Origin: Bacteriovoracia bacterium
GTDB lineage: Bacteria; Bdellovibrionota; UBA1018; CAIPTA01
Assembly (NCBI GenBank): GCA_050246755.1
Contig: JBFWVL010000005.1
Location: 128,001-192,000, forward strand
DNA: 64,000 bases
Reading direction: 5' to 3'
Under the pieces are notes generated by a model. It did no database searches. It had not been told where the DNA came from and saw only the letters and a list, made by a program, of their open reading frames with translations. The position numbers and the translations under genes are program-made. Positions within the stretch are counted from its first letter, which is position 1. Each line of letters opens with the position of its first letter. Shown in pieces: positions 10,683-20,335 of this stretch.

Positions 10683-11228
10683 TTAGTGTTTATGAGCCCC
10701 TAGGTGATTTTCAAGTTTATTGAACATCTCAGACCACCCTTGGCGACAGTCTTTTTGTAATTCGCTCGGAATACCCTCCTGAGAAAGTTTTACGCGGCTC
10801 CTATTTTCATCGAGGGAAGTGAAGTCGAACGTAATATAAACAAATTCTGGCCATATTCCGGGCATTTTTGCTTCTTGGGGCGAAATCGCGCGTCCGTTTT
10901 CGTCGGCAAACTGATCGGACATGACGATGAGCTCGTCTTCGATGATCTCCTTAAATTCACCGGTCATTCCGCCACCGCCGTCGGTGCCGTTTACCTTGCC
11001 TTTCATGTTGATGAAATACCTACCGCCTTCCCGAAAATCGAGTTCGGCTAGATCTGTTCGGAGTCCGTTGGGCCACCACCACGCTTTTATCTCCTTCGGG
11101 GTCTTGAACGCCGCGAAGAGCCGGCTTACCGGCACGCTGAATTCCCGTTCCAGCTCGAGCAGCGGGGCGGCGGGCGTGGAATTTTTATGGTTTTCTGGGC
11201 GACCGTTTTTCTCTTGAGATACTTGCAT
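10683..11228 (-). CDS. SRPBCC/AHSA1 domain protein
   Basis: AAGGAG RBS before ATG 11228; WWWP, LDFREGGRY and GWSEMF motifs. Confidence 0.85.
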   Translation of the reverse strand: MQVSQEKNGRPENHKNSTPAAPLLELEREFSVPVSRLFAAFKTPKEIKAWWWPNGLRTDLAELDFREGGRYFINMKGKVNGTDGGGGMTGEFKEIIEDELIVMSDQFADENGRAISPQEAKMPGIWPEFVYITFDFTSLDENRSRVKLSQEGIPSELQKDCRQGWSEMFNKLENHLGAHKH

Positions 11229-11423
11229 GGCGCTCCTTATGCTTTTTGTTTCTGAACCAGAGGCCTGCAAATTGCTGGCCTAACGAATAGGCGCTATTAA
11301 GTTAAGTTATTTTGGATTTAGAATTTCTTGAGGCTTCCTGCCCCGGGTGACGTTCGAAATTGCCTAGCATAGGCGTGGCTGGTTTTATCTATTAGGGGCT
11401 GCCGAGCTCTTAATCCGCATTAG

Positions 11424-11569
11424 CTGGCCTACTTGATTGTTGTTGGGAACCGCTAACCACATGCAGTCATTCGGCAATTCTTATAATGGTTTCGGATTTA
11501 TACCACCTAAGAGCTAGGTCAGCGAACTCACGCGCGAATCGCCATAAAAACAACAATCAAGTAGGCCAG
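11424..11569. repeat. Perfect 21-bp inverted repeat flanking a 104-bp spacer
   Basis: CTGGCCTACTTGATTGTTGTT (11424-11444) and AACAACAATCAAGTAGGCCAG (11549-11569). Confidence 0.9.
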
Positions 11570-11595
11570 GTCTTAATCATTGAGGTAGGTATGGT

Positions 11596-12255
11596 GTGTC
11601 GAGCCAAGACCGACTATTACCAGTGGCTATGAAGTTGTTTTTGGAGCGTGCACGCGAAATCGTTCTTTCGGTTTATCTCTACAACGAAGGACGCGGTTAC
11701 ATTTATCTAGAGGAGCTTCTACGTGTATTCGCATTGAAATACCCGCAAGAAGCGCAGCTTATTGCTTCGATCCGAAAGCATGCCGATGACGAACGCCGCC
11801 ATCATTCGCTATTCCAATCTTATTTTCGCGATAGGAACCGAAAGCCGTTTCAGGTGGGATCGTGGTACGGCTACTGCGATCAGATCGTCGCGCGGATTTT
11901 TGGAAAAACCCTCGATCAGCTGGAGCCCAGTGAGGTAATTCACGACGACAAGAAGTTTTTCCAGCTTTGCCGGCTCATTATGATTACCGAACTACGCGGA
12001 ATGAAGCAGGTGAATCTCATTCTGCGCAGTCCCCTGGTGCGAACTGAACCGGAGCTCGTGAAAATATTCTCGGTCGTTCAGCGCGACGAGCCTTCCCACT
12101 GCTATCCGTATCAGGCGTGGCTGAGGCGCCATGGCGAGCACGAGCCTTCGCTTCGGGAGAAGTTAGCGGACTGGAACGTGCACTATTCTTTGATGCTGCT
12201 AAAGCTGCCCGTTTTGTTTTTCAATCCATGGCTGCGGCGGCGAGAGGTTTTTTAA
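11596..12255 (+). CDS. Ferritin-like diiron domain protein
   Basis: Two DExxH motifs (ADDERRH, RDEPSH) with upstream Glu ligands. Confidence 0.75.
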   Translation: MSSQDRLLPVAMKLFLERAREIVLSVYLYNEGRGYIYLEELLRVFALKYPQEAQLIASIRKHADDERRHHSLFQSYFRDRNRKPFQVGSWYGYCDQIVARIFGKTLDQLEPSEVIHDDKKFFQLCRLIMITELRGMKQVNLILRSPLVRTEPELVKIFSVVQRDEPSHCYPYQAWLRRHGEHEPSLREKLADWNVHYSLMLLKLPVLFFNPWLRRREVF

Positions 12256-12415
12256 GGGGTTTGGTCTATGGGCCAAGCGCCTACTGCAGATTTCGGGCGT
12301 CTCTCGGCAAGCAGGCCGGATGGTCGCGAACCCGCGCGTCATAGTGGCCGTAGTCCTTGATTTGTTATGGTGGGCCGCTTAAATTAATAAGCTAATTCTA
12401 TCTCGGGGGAGCAAA

Positions 12416-13465
12416 ATGAAACTTCGAAACAGCCTCTTTCTTGGCCTATTCTTTCTCGCCATCACCGCCCATGCATCTACCCAGCTGAAGTGGATTTTCG
12501 CTCATGGGCCCGTGGACGAGCAGGTTCTAGATTTGATGAAGAAGTACTCTCGAAGCATCAGCGCGCAGTCTCAAAAAAAGATTACCGTGCAACTGGAGAA
12601 TCTGCCCCTTAATACCTGGGATTCGCATAAGGGATGGGTATATCGCTGGAACGAGGCGCTCAAAAAACTTTCCGATGGCTCAGTGGATGTGGGGCAAATT
12701 TATACCGATGAGCTGGTAGATAAATTACCTAAGTTAGAGGTATTTGATTTGCCTTTTTTGTTTCGCGATCACGAGCACGTAGAGAAGGTTTTGAATGGTG
12801 AGATTGGGCGCGAGTTACTCGCCGAACTAACCGCGGCGTCGGCGGGAAAAATGCGCGCCATTGCGTTCACTTATAGCGGTGGATTTCGCGTGGTGGCTAG
12901 TTCCCGTGAGATCAAAACCGCGGACGCCTTTAAGGACATGAGAATTTCCGAGGAGAGCACCCGCTATCGTTCTGGGACGAAAGTATTGCGCTTGGAGACG
13001 TTTAAGGCATTGGGTTCCAATCTCGTAAGTCCGGACAGCGTGGAGGGGCATATCTCTCTCTTCGCCAAGAAGAAGATCGATATGTATACCGCTCCTTGGA
13101 AAGAGGTCTTGTATGACTCGAAGCACTTCACGCCATCCACGCCGAAGTTCGTGAGCGACGACCGCATGAGCCTCTTCACCACGGTAATTTTGGTGAGCGA
13201 AAACGCGTTTCAAAAGCTCTCCCGTGGCGAGCAGAAGATCTTAACCGACGAAATCAACTCTTTGGCCAGAGAAGAACGCGAGCTTTTCATTAGAGAGGCC
13301 GTGGACGCAAAGGCGGAGCTGCAGAAGATGGGTGTGAAGACGGTCTCCATGGAAGCAACTGAGATAGAAAAAATGCGTCGGCTCGCTCAGCCCATTTATT
13401 TGAGTTTCACTCAAGCCTCCGAGGGGAACGACAGCTTGGTGAAGCGTATTCAATCCGTGAAATAG
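12416..13465 (+). CDS. dctP: TRAP transporter substrate-binding protein DctP (no dctQM nearby)
   Basis: Signal peptide; FDLPFLFRD and YSGGFR motifs. Confidence 0.85.
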   Translation: MKLRNSLFLGLFFLAITAHASTQLKWIFAHGPVDEQVLDLMKKYSRSISAQSQKKITVQLENLPLNTWDSHKGWVYRWNEALKKLSDGSVDVGQIYTDELVDKLPKLEVFDLPFLFRDHEHVEKVLNGEIGRELLAELTAASAGKMRAIAFTYSGGFRVVASSREIKTADAFKDMRISEESTRYRSGTKVLRLETFKALGSNLVSPDSVEGHISLFAKKKIDMYTAPWKEVLYDSKHFTPSTPKFVSDDRMSLFTTVILVSENAFQKLSRGEQKILTDEINSLAREERELFIREAVDAKAELQKMGVKTVSMEATEIEKMRRLAQPIYLSFTQASEGNDSLVKRIQSVK

Positions 13466-13481
13466 ACGCGGGCGGATAGAA

Positions 13482-14642
13482 GTGGATCGTCGCGATTTTC
13501 TTAAAACCACTGTTCTCCTGGCCGTCCCCGGCCTTCTGCTCGAGGGCTGTGCCCATTTTAATTTTTCCGAACCTTCTTCTTCCGGCGATGTCCTGCTCTT
13601 ACCTATGGTAGGTTCGCTGGGCATCTACCGCCCCAAGATCGATGAACTTCGTTTTATCGCCGTTCCCAATGTAAATACCCATTCGGTGGTCCCTAATCCC
13701 GCACGTCCGAGAGAGGTGCTTGTTTTGGACCAGGTTGAGACCCACGCTAGCCTGGTGGACATAGCTCAGGAGCGGCTATTAGCCACATGCTCGCCGGTGG
13801 ATGGTTTTGTATTTTCCGGGCATGGTTGCATCAGCGCCGATGGGCGCTATCTTTTCCTCTGTGAGAATCATAAGGACAATCAATCCCCGAGTGTGAAGAA
13901 AAAAATTCCCGGTCATATTACGGTGAGAGATGCATCTTCGCTTCAAGTGCTGCGGACGATTCCCGCTCACGGAGCGTGGGCGCACAACGTAATGTTCATG
14001 CGGGGTGAATCCATTCTAGCCGTCGGCTACCAAGCGACGGAAGGGGCCGCGAATGAGCCGAAGCGTGGGGCGGAGATGCTTTTTTTGTCGGCCTCAGAGG
14101 GTGCGATCCTCGAGCGTTTCGTTCCGCCGGACACTCATTGGTCGCTGAATCATTTCGATTTCACTCACGACGATAAAATTATTGTCGCGGCTCAAACGAC
14201 CTATGTCGATGGAGCGAAGGCTAGTGGCGACCTGGTTATTAAAGATCTCGTCGCTCCTGTGCTCATGGGAAAGCCAGGGCAAAAAAATTGGACGCAGAAC
14301 ATGCCGCCTTCTTTGGCGTCGAGCATGATTCGCAACCATACGGTTTTTGTAGACCGTGAGCGGAGGCGGGCTTTAGTTGCCCACCAATTGGGCGGCCACG
14401 TGAGTGTGTGGGATACGGATAAAGAGCAGTTAATTTCCGCACTGGAGATCGATAACCCTCAGGGTATCTGTGCCACGCTCGACGGCAGATATTATGTTGT
14501 GGTGAACAAAGAAAAGACGATTATTTTCTTGGAAGCCGAGACATTAAAAATTAGTAGACGAATCGATGGTCGGAATATGTCCCGTGCCGGTTTGGATGGG
14601 CCGCAACATATTGCCATGATTAAGGGTGGCGCTTCTGTTTAG
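13482..14642 (+). CDS. Tat-exported beta-propeller lipoprotein, DUF1513-like
   Basis: DRRDFL Tat motif, lipobox LEGC, FSGHG…DGRYL repeats. Confidence 0.7.
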   Translation: MDRRDFLKTTVLLAVPGLLLEGCAHFNFSEPSSSGDVLLLPMVGSLGIYRPKIDELRFIAVPNVNTHSVVPNPARPREVLVLDQVETHASLVDIAQERLLATCSPVDGFVFSGHGCISADGRYLFLCENHKDNQSPSVKKKIPGHITVRDASSLQVLRTIPAHGAWAHNVMFMRGESILAVGYQATEGAANEPKRGAEMLFLSASEGAILERFVPPDTHWSLNHFDFTHDDKIIVAAQTTYVDGAKASGDLVIKDLVAPVLMGKPGQKNWTQNMPPSLASSMIRNHTVFVDRERRRALVAHQLGGHVSVWDTDKEQLISALEIDNPQGICATLDGRYYVVVNKEKTIIFLEAETLKISRRIDGRNMSRAGLDGPQHIAMIKGGASV

Positions 14643-16399
14643 AGAGCTTCGGGCAAGGAAAGGCCGGTTTGCCGAGCGGTTTCCTGGGCCGTCTCTCGAT
14701 AGAGGTGAATCCAAGGCAAATCGTAGCCCATCGCCCAGGGTTTCAAGGCGGTAGTGAAATGAAGCACCTTGGGCCAACGAAGAGGGTTGTCATGCACTTC
14801 CGAAAATGCAGAACTGCGCCTCTGGTAATCGGCCATTTGATAGTTCCACTCGGGGTCTAATTCCTGGATTCGGCCGTGAAGCTGCACGTTGATCAGGTGT
14901 TGATCACAAAGGCCCGTGAGCTCGGGATGTCTGCGGGCCAGCCCGAAGCACTTTTCCACGAGCCGTTCTTTTCGCCAAATACCTAGATTAATTACGAGCA
15001 CGCCGGAATTGAAGTGGGCATCGTTTCCGTGAATTCCAAAGTTCGAGAGGTCGGGCAGATAGAGGCCCGGATGGCCAAAGCTTGCGAGGTAATCTTTGGC
15101 AGCCGCTAAAACATTCACGTGCCGCGCTTGCTCAATCAGGGAGGAAATACAGCCGAGAAAAAAAATATCGCAGTCGAAATAGACGCAATGATCGCCTTCG
15201 ATCGGAAGATTTGGAATTAATAGACGGGCATAGTTGCTTGGAGAAAAATGGTAATCGGTACGAAGATTGGAAAGGTCCATCGATGATACTGAGTGGATTT
15301 TGTAGCGAAAACGAGGATCTCGCGAAAAAGATTTTTTCAAAAGGGCGGAATTGGCGGCGAGGGTCCCGCAGGCCAGCACGTTGATAACGAGAGCCTCGGG
15401 CGAACGGTAGTTTTGGCTCAACGATTGTAGGGCTACTGCAAACGGAAAAAGGAAGCGTTCGTCCAGGGCGAAAGCGATTTCTACAGAGGGTTTCTCTTTC
15501 TTGATTTCTGTCTCAGCGCTTAGGTGCGATCGAGAAAAGTTTCCTACTCCTAAGGTGACAACCCGTTCGAGCCCATCCAGCTTGGCGTAGATCTGATTCT
15601 GATGGAGGGATTGGGTTACGAGGTTTCCGAAGAGAGCGTCACCTTCATTCGCTGCGCGGCGAACCCACTCCGCCTTCACTTTCAGGAGCTCCACATAACG
15701 GTATCTCTCATATTCCCGAACGAGGCCCCAATCCACGCCAGAGGGGCAATCGTTCAGCACGCTGAAATCTGCCGAAGTGCTCTCGCAGAAGGCAATCTCT
15801 TCGCGAAACCCTAAGCGGCCGGCTAATTCATACACTTCAAAAATTCGTGTACTTCCGGAAAATCTGAATTTTTCCCAGGATTGGCGGCGAATGAGGAAGG
15901 AGGGAGGCTCAAAAATAGGCGATTCGAGTAACCGCCAAGGAGTGATGATTCCGTTCCACCAGGGGCTATAAAGTTCGCGGCCGCGAACTTCCAGGCGGCC
16001 GTTTTCTATCAGGGTACGCGAATAATAAGACCGGCAGCAAACCGCAGATTTATCGCCCACCGCGGCCAGCATTTCGGCGAGAAAGCTCTCGGGCCACCAG
16101 TTGGTGTCGTCGAGCACGGCGATAAAGGCGCCACTGCCCTTGGCGGCCGCAAAATTGAGCTGCTCACCGTGAGGGTGGCCGTTGGTTGGAGCATCGTGCA
16201 GAATTTTTACCCGATCGGGATCGAGTTTCAGCGTCGCAACCAATGCCGAGATTGCGGCTTGATCACCACCATCATTCACGAGAAATAAGCGCCAATTGGA
16301 GTAAGTTTGCGCCCGCAGAGAAAGAAGGGCTCGCTCCAGCAGAGGCAGGCGATCCCGGGTCCGGGTGATCACATCGACAACGATGCTTGGGTGTTCCAC
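14639..16399 (-). CDS. Fused GT2 + GT8 glycosyltransferase
   Basis: N-terminal ITRTRDR/VNDGG/VLDD; C-terminal YFDCD, FNSGVLVINL, DQ and LHFT. Confidence 0.85.
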   Translation of the reverse strand: MEHPSIVVDVITRTRDRLPLLERALLSLRAQTYSNWRLFLVNDGGDQAAISALVATLKLDPDRVKILHDAPTNGHPHGEQLNFAAAKGSGAFIAVLDDTNWWPESFLAEMLAAVGDKSAVCCRSYYSRTLIENGRLEVRGRELYSPWWNGIITPWRLLESPIFEPPSFLIRRQSWEKFRFSGSTRIFEVYELAGRLGFREEIAFCESTSADFSVLNDCPSGVDWGLVREYERYRYVELLKVKAEWVRRAANEGDALFGNLVTQSLHQNQIYAKLDGLERVVTLGVGNFSRSHLSAETEIKKEKPSVEIAFALDERFLFPFAVALQSLSQNYRSPEALVINVLACGTLAANSALLKKSFSRDPRFRYKIHSVSSMDLSNLRTDYHFSPSNYARLLIPNLPIEGDHCVYFDCDIFFLGCISSLIEQARHVNVLAAAKDYLASFGHPGLYLPDLSNFGIHGNDAHFNSGVLVINLGIWRKERLVEKCFGLARRHPELTGLCDQHLINVQLHGRIQELDPEWNYQMADYQRRSSAFSEVHDNPLRWPKVLHFTTALKPWAMGYDLPWIHLYRETAQETARQTGLSLPEAL

Positions 16400-16773
16400 C
16401 GCTCGAAATTATTCTACCCTAAGAGCGAACGCAAAGAATTTATAACTTCGAATGAAGATTAGTGCTTGGACCGAAATGCTTTCGTGAGCGTAGATGCGGC
16501 CTTCCTGTAGGAAGAGAAAGTAAATTTATTACCCTCAAAATTAAGGGATGACAGACCGAGAATATTTAAAAAAATAGGCAAAAATGTGGCGAGGCTATCG
16601 AAAATAGAAGGGCCATTCGCAAGACCGGCTTTATTTAGAGGCTGGCTTTTCTCGTGGTACGGTTTCGAAAGTAGAGAATGGGAAGGTAAATCTTCAGGTT
16701 CTAGCTTTACGACGAATTGCTGAAACCATCGGCGTATCCATAGAAGCGTTTTTTAAATTTTAGCTTAATGAAG

Positions 16774-17586
16774 CTACCTTTCGTTGCCGATGTTAAAAAA
16801 ATCAACTGCATAGCAGTAAAGTTCCTCTTCCTTTGAGGCCTTTATCACCTCTATATTTTCCTTCATGTTCGCGAGAATAAGGTCTTTCACTTTTATAACG
16901 TCGGTTTTTGAGAGGCTAACCACCGCCGAATAGTGAAGTTCCCGAATGTCTTCCTTATCTAATGAGTCGAGGGCGCGCAGCCGCCAGTTTGTATGGTGTT
17001 TGATAATATTTTCCGATTCATTTCCGAGCCGAATTTGTGTTGGCCCAGGAGACAATTTCCCGGCTTCTTCCTTTATCAGTCCAGTCTTTTCCAAAAAATC
17101 TAATACTTCCCGCATTCTTTTTTTGGGCACTCGTAGAACTGAAGAAAGTCTTTCTCGTGATTGCAACTCTGGGATGGTCACTGCAATATGGGCGGCGGCA
17201 TAGTGCCAGGAGCTATAGTAAATCGATTGATCCTCTTTCGTGAGGGCTTTCCCGTGGCCCAAACGTTCTTTTACAGTAAGTCTTTTTTCTAATAATTCTT
17301 GGAGACGTTCAGAAAAATGGGCTTTCAATTCGTTTGTGCCGGCCCGATCTTTTTGCACGAGTGCGAGAAAATAATTTTGTTCCTCTTTAGATAATCCCAA
17401 AAACCTAGCGGCTTTTTCCGCCTGCTCCAGAGAGAAGTCCGCGGAGCTGTGAACGACTTGCGAGATATAGGTGGGCTGACATCCCAGGGCTTTAGCGAGC
17501 GCACTTTTTTGCCCTTTTCGCTGTTTCTTTCCGCCTAAAGTAGCCTGCAAAAAATCCTTATAAGTTTTATATTCAAATACTGTCAT
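16774..17586 (-). CDS. TIGR02147/DUF4423 family HTH protein
   Basis: 270 aa, N-terminal HTH, YYSSWHY motif, C-terminal ELYCYAVDFF. Confidence 0.8.
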   Translation of the reverse strand: MTVFEYKTYKDFLQATLGGKKQRKGQKSALAKALGCQPTYISQVVHSSADFSLEQAEKAARFLGLSKEEQNYFLALVQKDRAGTNELKAHFSERLQELLEKRLTVKERLGHGKALTKEDQSIYYSSWHYAAAHIAVTIPELQSRERLSSVLRVPKKRMREVLDFLEKTGLIKEEAGKLSPGPTQIRLGNESENIIKHHTNWRLRALDSLDKEDIRELHYSAVVSLSKTDVIKVKDLILANMKENIEVIKASKEEELYCYAVDFFNIGNER

Positions 17587-17738
17587 AACTCTTTCTAATC
17601 GAGTGGTTGGCTCTACAACTTAAGTATAGCTGCCTTAATATTGATTGTTTTCAGTAAAATCATCTATCTCCCGCGTCATCCATGAATTAAAACCGTCAAG
17701 AATTAAAGCGCAGCACCCGATAGGTGCAGGAGAAAGCT

Positions 17739-19052
17739 ATGAAATTACTTGGAAAAAGAAATCTGCTTTTAATGATAACCCTGGCTGTTGGCCTAACGTC
17801 TGCCGTGTCCACCTGGGCTAGAGAAGAAGGCGGTGTCTCCGACGGCGGTGGCAGCCAAGACGCCCAAACTGGCCGGATGGTCGATGCCTATTTGGAGCAG
17901 CATCGGTTCGTTGAGGGCATTCGGATAGCCTATAACCACGCTTATGCTGGAAATCCCGGTCCGCCTAATACGCCCGTAGAGGTTTTTCCATATGGCCCTA
18001 AGCGCGGCCTGTATTTTATTTTTATGAACGGCCTTATGCCGGCGGTTGTCGAAGCATTTACTACCCTGAACGATGTGAGTCTGAAAAAACCTTGGTACCT
18101 TGTTCCATTCGATAAAAAGCTTCTTAAAAAGGTAAATGAGCGCACCAGGACCGATTTGATTAATTCCGGATTTTTGCGAAATACGAATCAAGTTGCCATT
18201 CAAACTCCAGGTTACGTTCTAATCGACAAAAATTACTTTGATGCGCAAGTGCGCCGACTAAAGGCCAAAAATGAAAAGGTTCGTGACGAAGCATTCGATA
18301 ATATAGTGACGCTTGTGCTTCACGAAATGGTTCGCGATATGGAACTAAAGTCGCGTCGTGCTCCTGGGGAAACCGATGAGCAAGCAGTTGGTAAAGGGGG
18401 ATACCACAGGTACGGCATGCCTCCCATGACAGAAGAAAATGTCCTCATCATTACGGAGGGACTAAAAAAGACAGCTGCTATGATGGAAGAATATACCGAA
18501 ATGAATCGTAAGGAAAAGCGTGGCACTGGAGATGGAACAGAAGAAGCTCAGGGTGCCGTGGCAACTTTCGTTCAAGACTTACTGGCAAAAAATAATTACG
18601 GATATTATCTCAGCCGTAAAGTTCAGTGGGGCGACTTCAATCAAAAAGCCGAGCTTATTAATCATCGGATTGAAAAAGCTTGCGACGATAAAGACTACGG
18701 CACGATTCTCGATCAGCTTTTAGATTTACAGACTATCGCGCGCAGTGAATTGATTGGCGATAAACTCGGCGCATCGGGTTGGGCCAATTGGCCAAAATTA
18801 AAAGTCGCCGAGCGCGTGGAATATTTTGAGCTTTTAAACTCTTATTTGGCGGTTACGAAGCAAGGCCGCCTCAAAAAGTTTGAAGGACAATTTCAAGAAG
18901 ATGAAAACACGGCAAAGCAAATTTGCCGAGGTATCCGGATGGCCGATTTCGTAAGAAATCCTCTGCCGAAGGATATTGAGGGCGCAAAAAAAGAAGTTGA
19001 AAAGTCTTCCGCTCAAGGCGAAGCGGACAACCTTCTAATCCCTCAAGAATAG
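17739..19052 (+). CDS. Secreted hypothetical protein with GGxSxGGG N-terminal motif and LHE motif
   Basis: CAGGAG RBS before ATG 17739, signal peptide, EGGVSDGGG, LVLHEMV. Confidence 0.75.
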   Translation: MKLLGKRNLLLMITLAVGLTSAVSTWAREEGGVSDGGGSQDAQTGRMVDAYLEQHRFVEGIRIAYNHAYAGNPGPPNTPVEVFPYGPKRGLYFIFMNGLMPAVVEAFTTLNDVSLKKPWYLVPFDKKLLKKVNERTRTDLINSGFLRNTNQVAIQTPGYVLIDKNYFDAQVRRLKAKNEKVRDEAFDNIVTLVLHEMVRDMELKSRRAPGETDEQAVGKGGYHRYGMPPMTEENVLIITEGLKKTAAMMEEYTEMNRKEKRGTGDGTEEAQGAVATFVQDLLAKNNYGYYLSRKVQWGDFNQKAELINHRIEKACDDKDYGTILDQLLDLQTIARSELIGDKLGASGWANWPKLKVAERVEYFELLNSYLAVTKQGRLKKFEGQFQEDENTAKQICRGIRMADFVRNPLPKDIEGAKKEVEKSSAQGEADNLLIPQE

Positions 19053-19123
19053 TACCGATAAAAAAGATTTTTTAATTCGCCGGTTCCGGCAACGGTGCGG
19101 CTTTACCCAAAAAAGGAAAAACC

Positions 19124-19654
19124 ATGACACGATACTTATTTTTATTACTCTTGATTGCGGTTGGCGGCTCTGCCGAAGGCGCGAACATTAACAAAGGAAA
19201 TTGGGAGGCGTCCGGATCATTCGACTTTTCTCATAATTTTCAGGCAGACTGGGACTACAATAGTTATTCTAATTATGGAAAAAATTCTTTGAGTCTGGGT
19301 GGTGGCGCGCAGTATTTTTTGAGAGATCATTTTTCCGTGGGACTCGACGCTTCTTTTTTTTCGGCTGGCCGATATACTAATGGTGGCTCGATTGGTCCTG
19401 TGGCTACCTATTATTTCATGACACAAGAACGCATCGCCCCTTACATTCAATTGTCTCCGTTGCGAGTTTGGAAAATGGAGGGAACCACTAACCAGAATAT
19501 CTCGTTAGCTAGAGTCGGGACGAAATTCTTTTTTTATGATTCAGTCGCATTTGGACCTGCCCTTCAGTACCAGCATACTTGGCCACGAACCAACTATTCG
19601 AGTACCGGTAAGGACATGTTGAGTATCTTGGGATTATTCTCTATTCATCTCTAA
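19124..19654 (+). CDS. Small outer-membrane beta-barrel protein
   Basis: Signal peptide, alternating aromatic strands, C-terminal GLFSIHL. Confidence 0.75.
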   Translation: MTRYLFLLLLIAVGGSAEGANINKGNWEASGSFDFSHNFQADWDYNSYSNYGKNSLSLGGGAQYFLRDHFSVGLDASFFSAGRYTNGGSIGPVATYYFMTQERIAPYIQLSPLRVWKMEGTTNQNISLARVGTKFFFYDSVAFGPALQYQHTWPRTNYSSTGKDMLSILGLFSIHL

Positions 19655-19666
19655 AAAATGAACGGA

Positions 19667-19689
19667 TGCCTGGCGGGACTCGCCAGGCA
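19667..19689. terminator. Hairpin between convergent ORFs
   Basis: TGCCTGGCG-GGACT-CGCCAGGCA, 9-bp stem. Confidence 0.55.
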
Positions 19690-19691
19690 AA

Positions 19692-19922
19692 TTAGGTTGG
19701 CATTAGGTGACTTATGCTTTTGACCCATTCGGTTAAGGATTGTGCCGCTGTAGAATTTTCTGGCTCATGAGCTACAGCCTTCCTTTTGGGATATAGGTAT
19801 TCGCAGGCAGCCATTGCGGCACGAGCGCGAAGCTCTGGAGAAATAGAGTCTCGGGGGATATTGAGCGCTTCTGCATCCCCGTTAGCGAACAGTAAGAGAA
19901 TCGAAAACGGATCAATTCCCAA
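19692..19922 (-). pseudogene. Probable phage-derived remnant (terminase small subunit-like C-terminus)
   Basis: LRARAAMAACEYLYPKRKAV resembles phage small-terminase-like proteins; the upstream part looks broken and has no good start. Confidence 0.35.
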
Positions 19923-20335
19923 CGCCGAGGCCAGTTCCGCCTGACATTCAGTTTTTTTATTCGGGGTGACCAGCCTTTTGCAGATGGTGCAGTACGGAAA
20001 GGATGAATTTGGGCGTGCCCAAATAGCTTTACTTCATTTGTACGCCAGCGGTCGCCGGATGGGGCGGAATGACTACTTCCCAGCGCGAAACTTAAAAGGT
20101 TCCAGGGATGCCACTCTCCTCTGAGGGCAATATCTGTAGTGGGCTGAGTACGATAGGTGGAATCGAATTCGGTTATACCTAAGCCAGCTCCTAAGGAGAA
20201 TCTCGAGTTTTCAGTTAAGTCGTCGGCAAGGGCAGATTGAGTTAGAAAAAGTGAAATTAGTAGTAACTTGGCTAATTTTGCAAAAGAACCCCCTGAGTCT
20301 TAGTTGAATCATTACGGCTAACGAAAGTTTTGAAT

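Noticed and set aside
19923-20330. Possible ncRNA or prophage in the 400-bp gap
   Set aside because: No recognisable RNA structure or further phage genes; probably decayed sequence.
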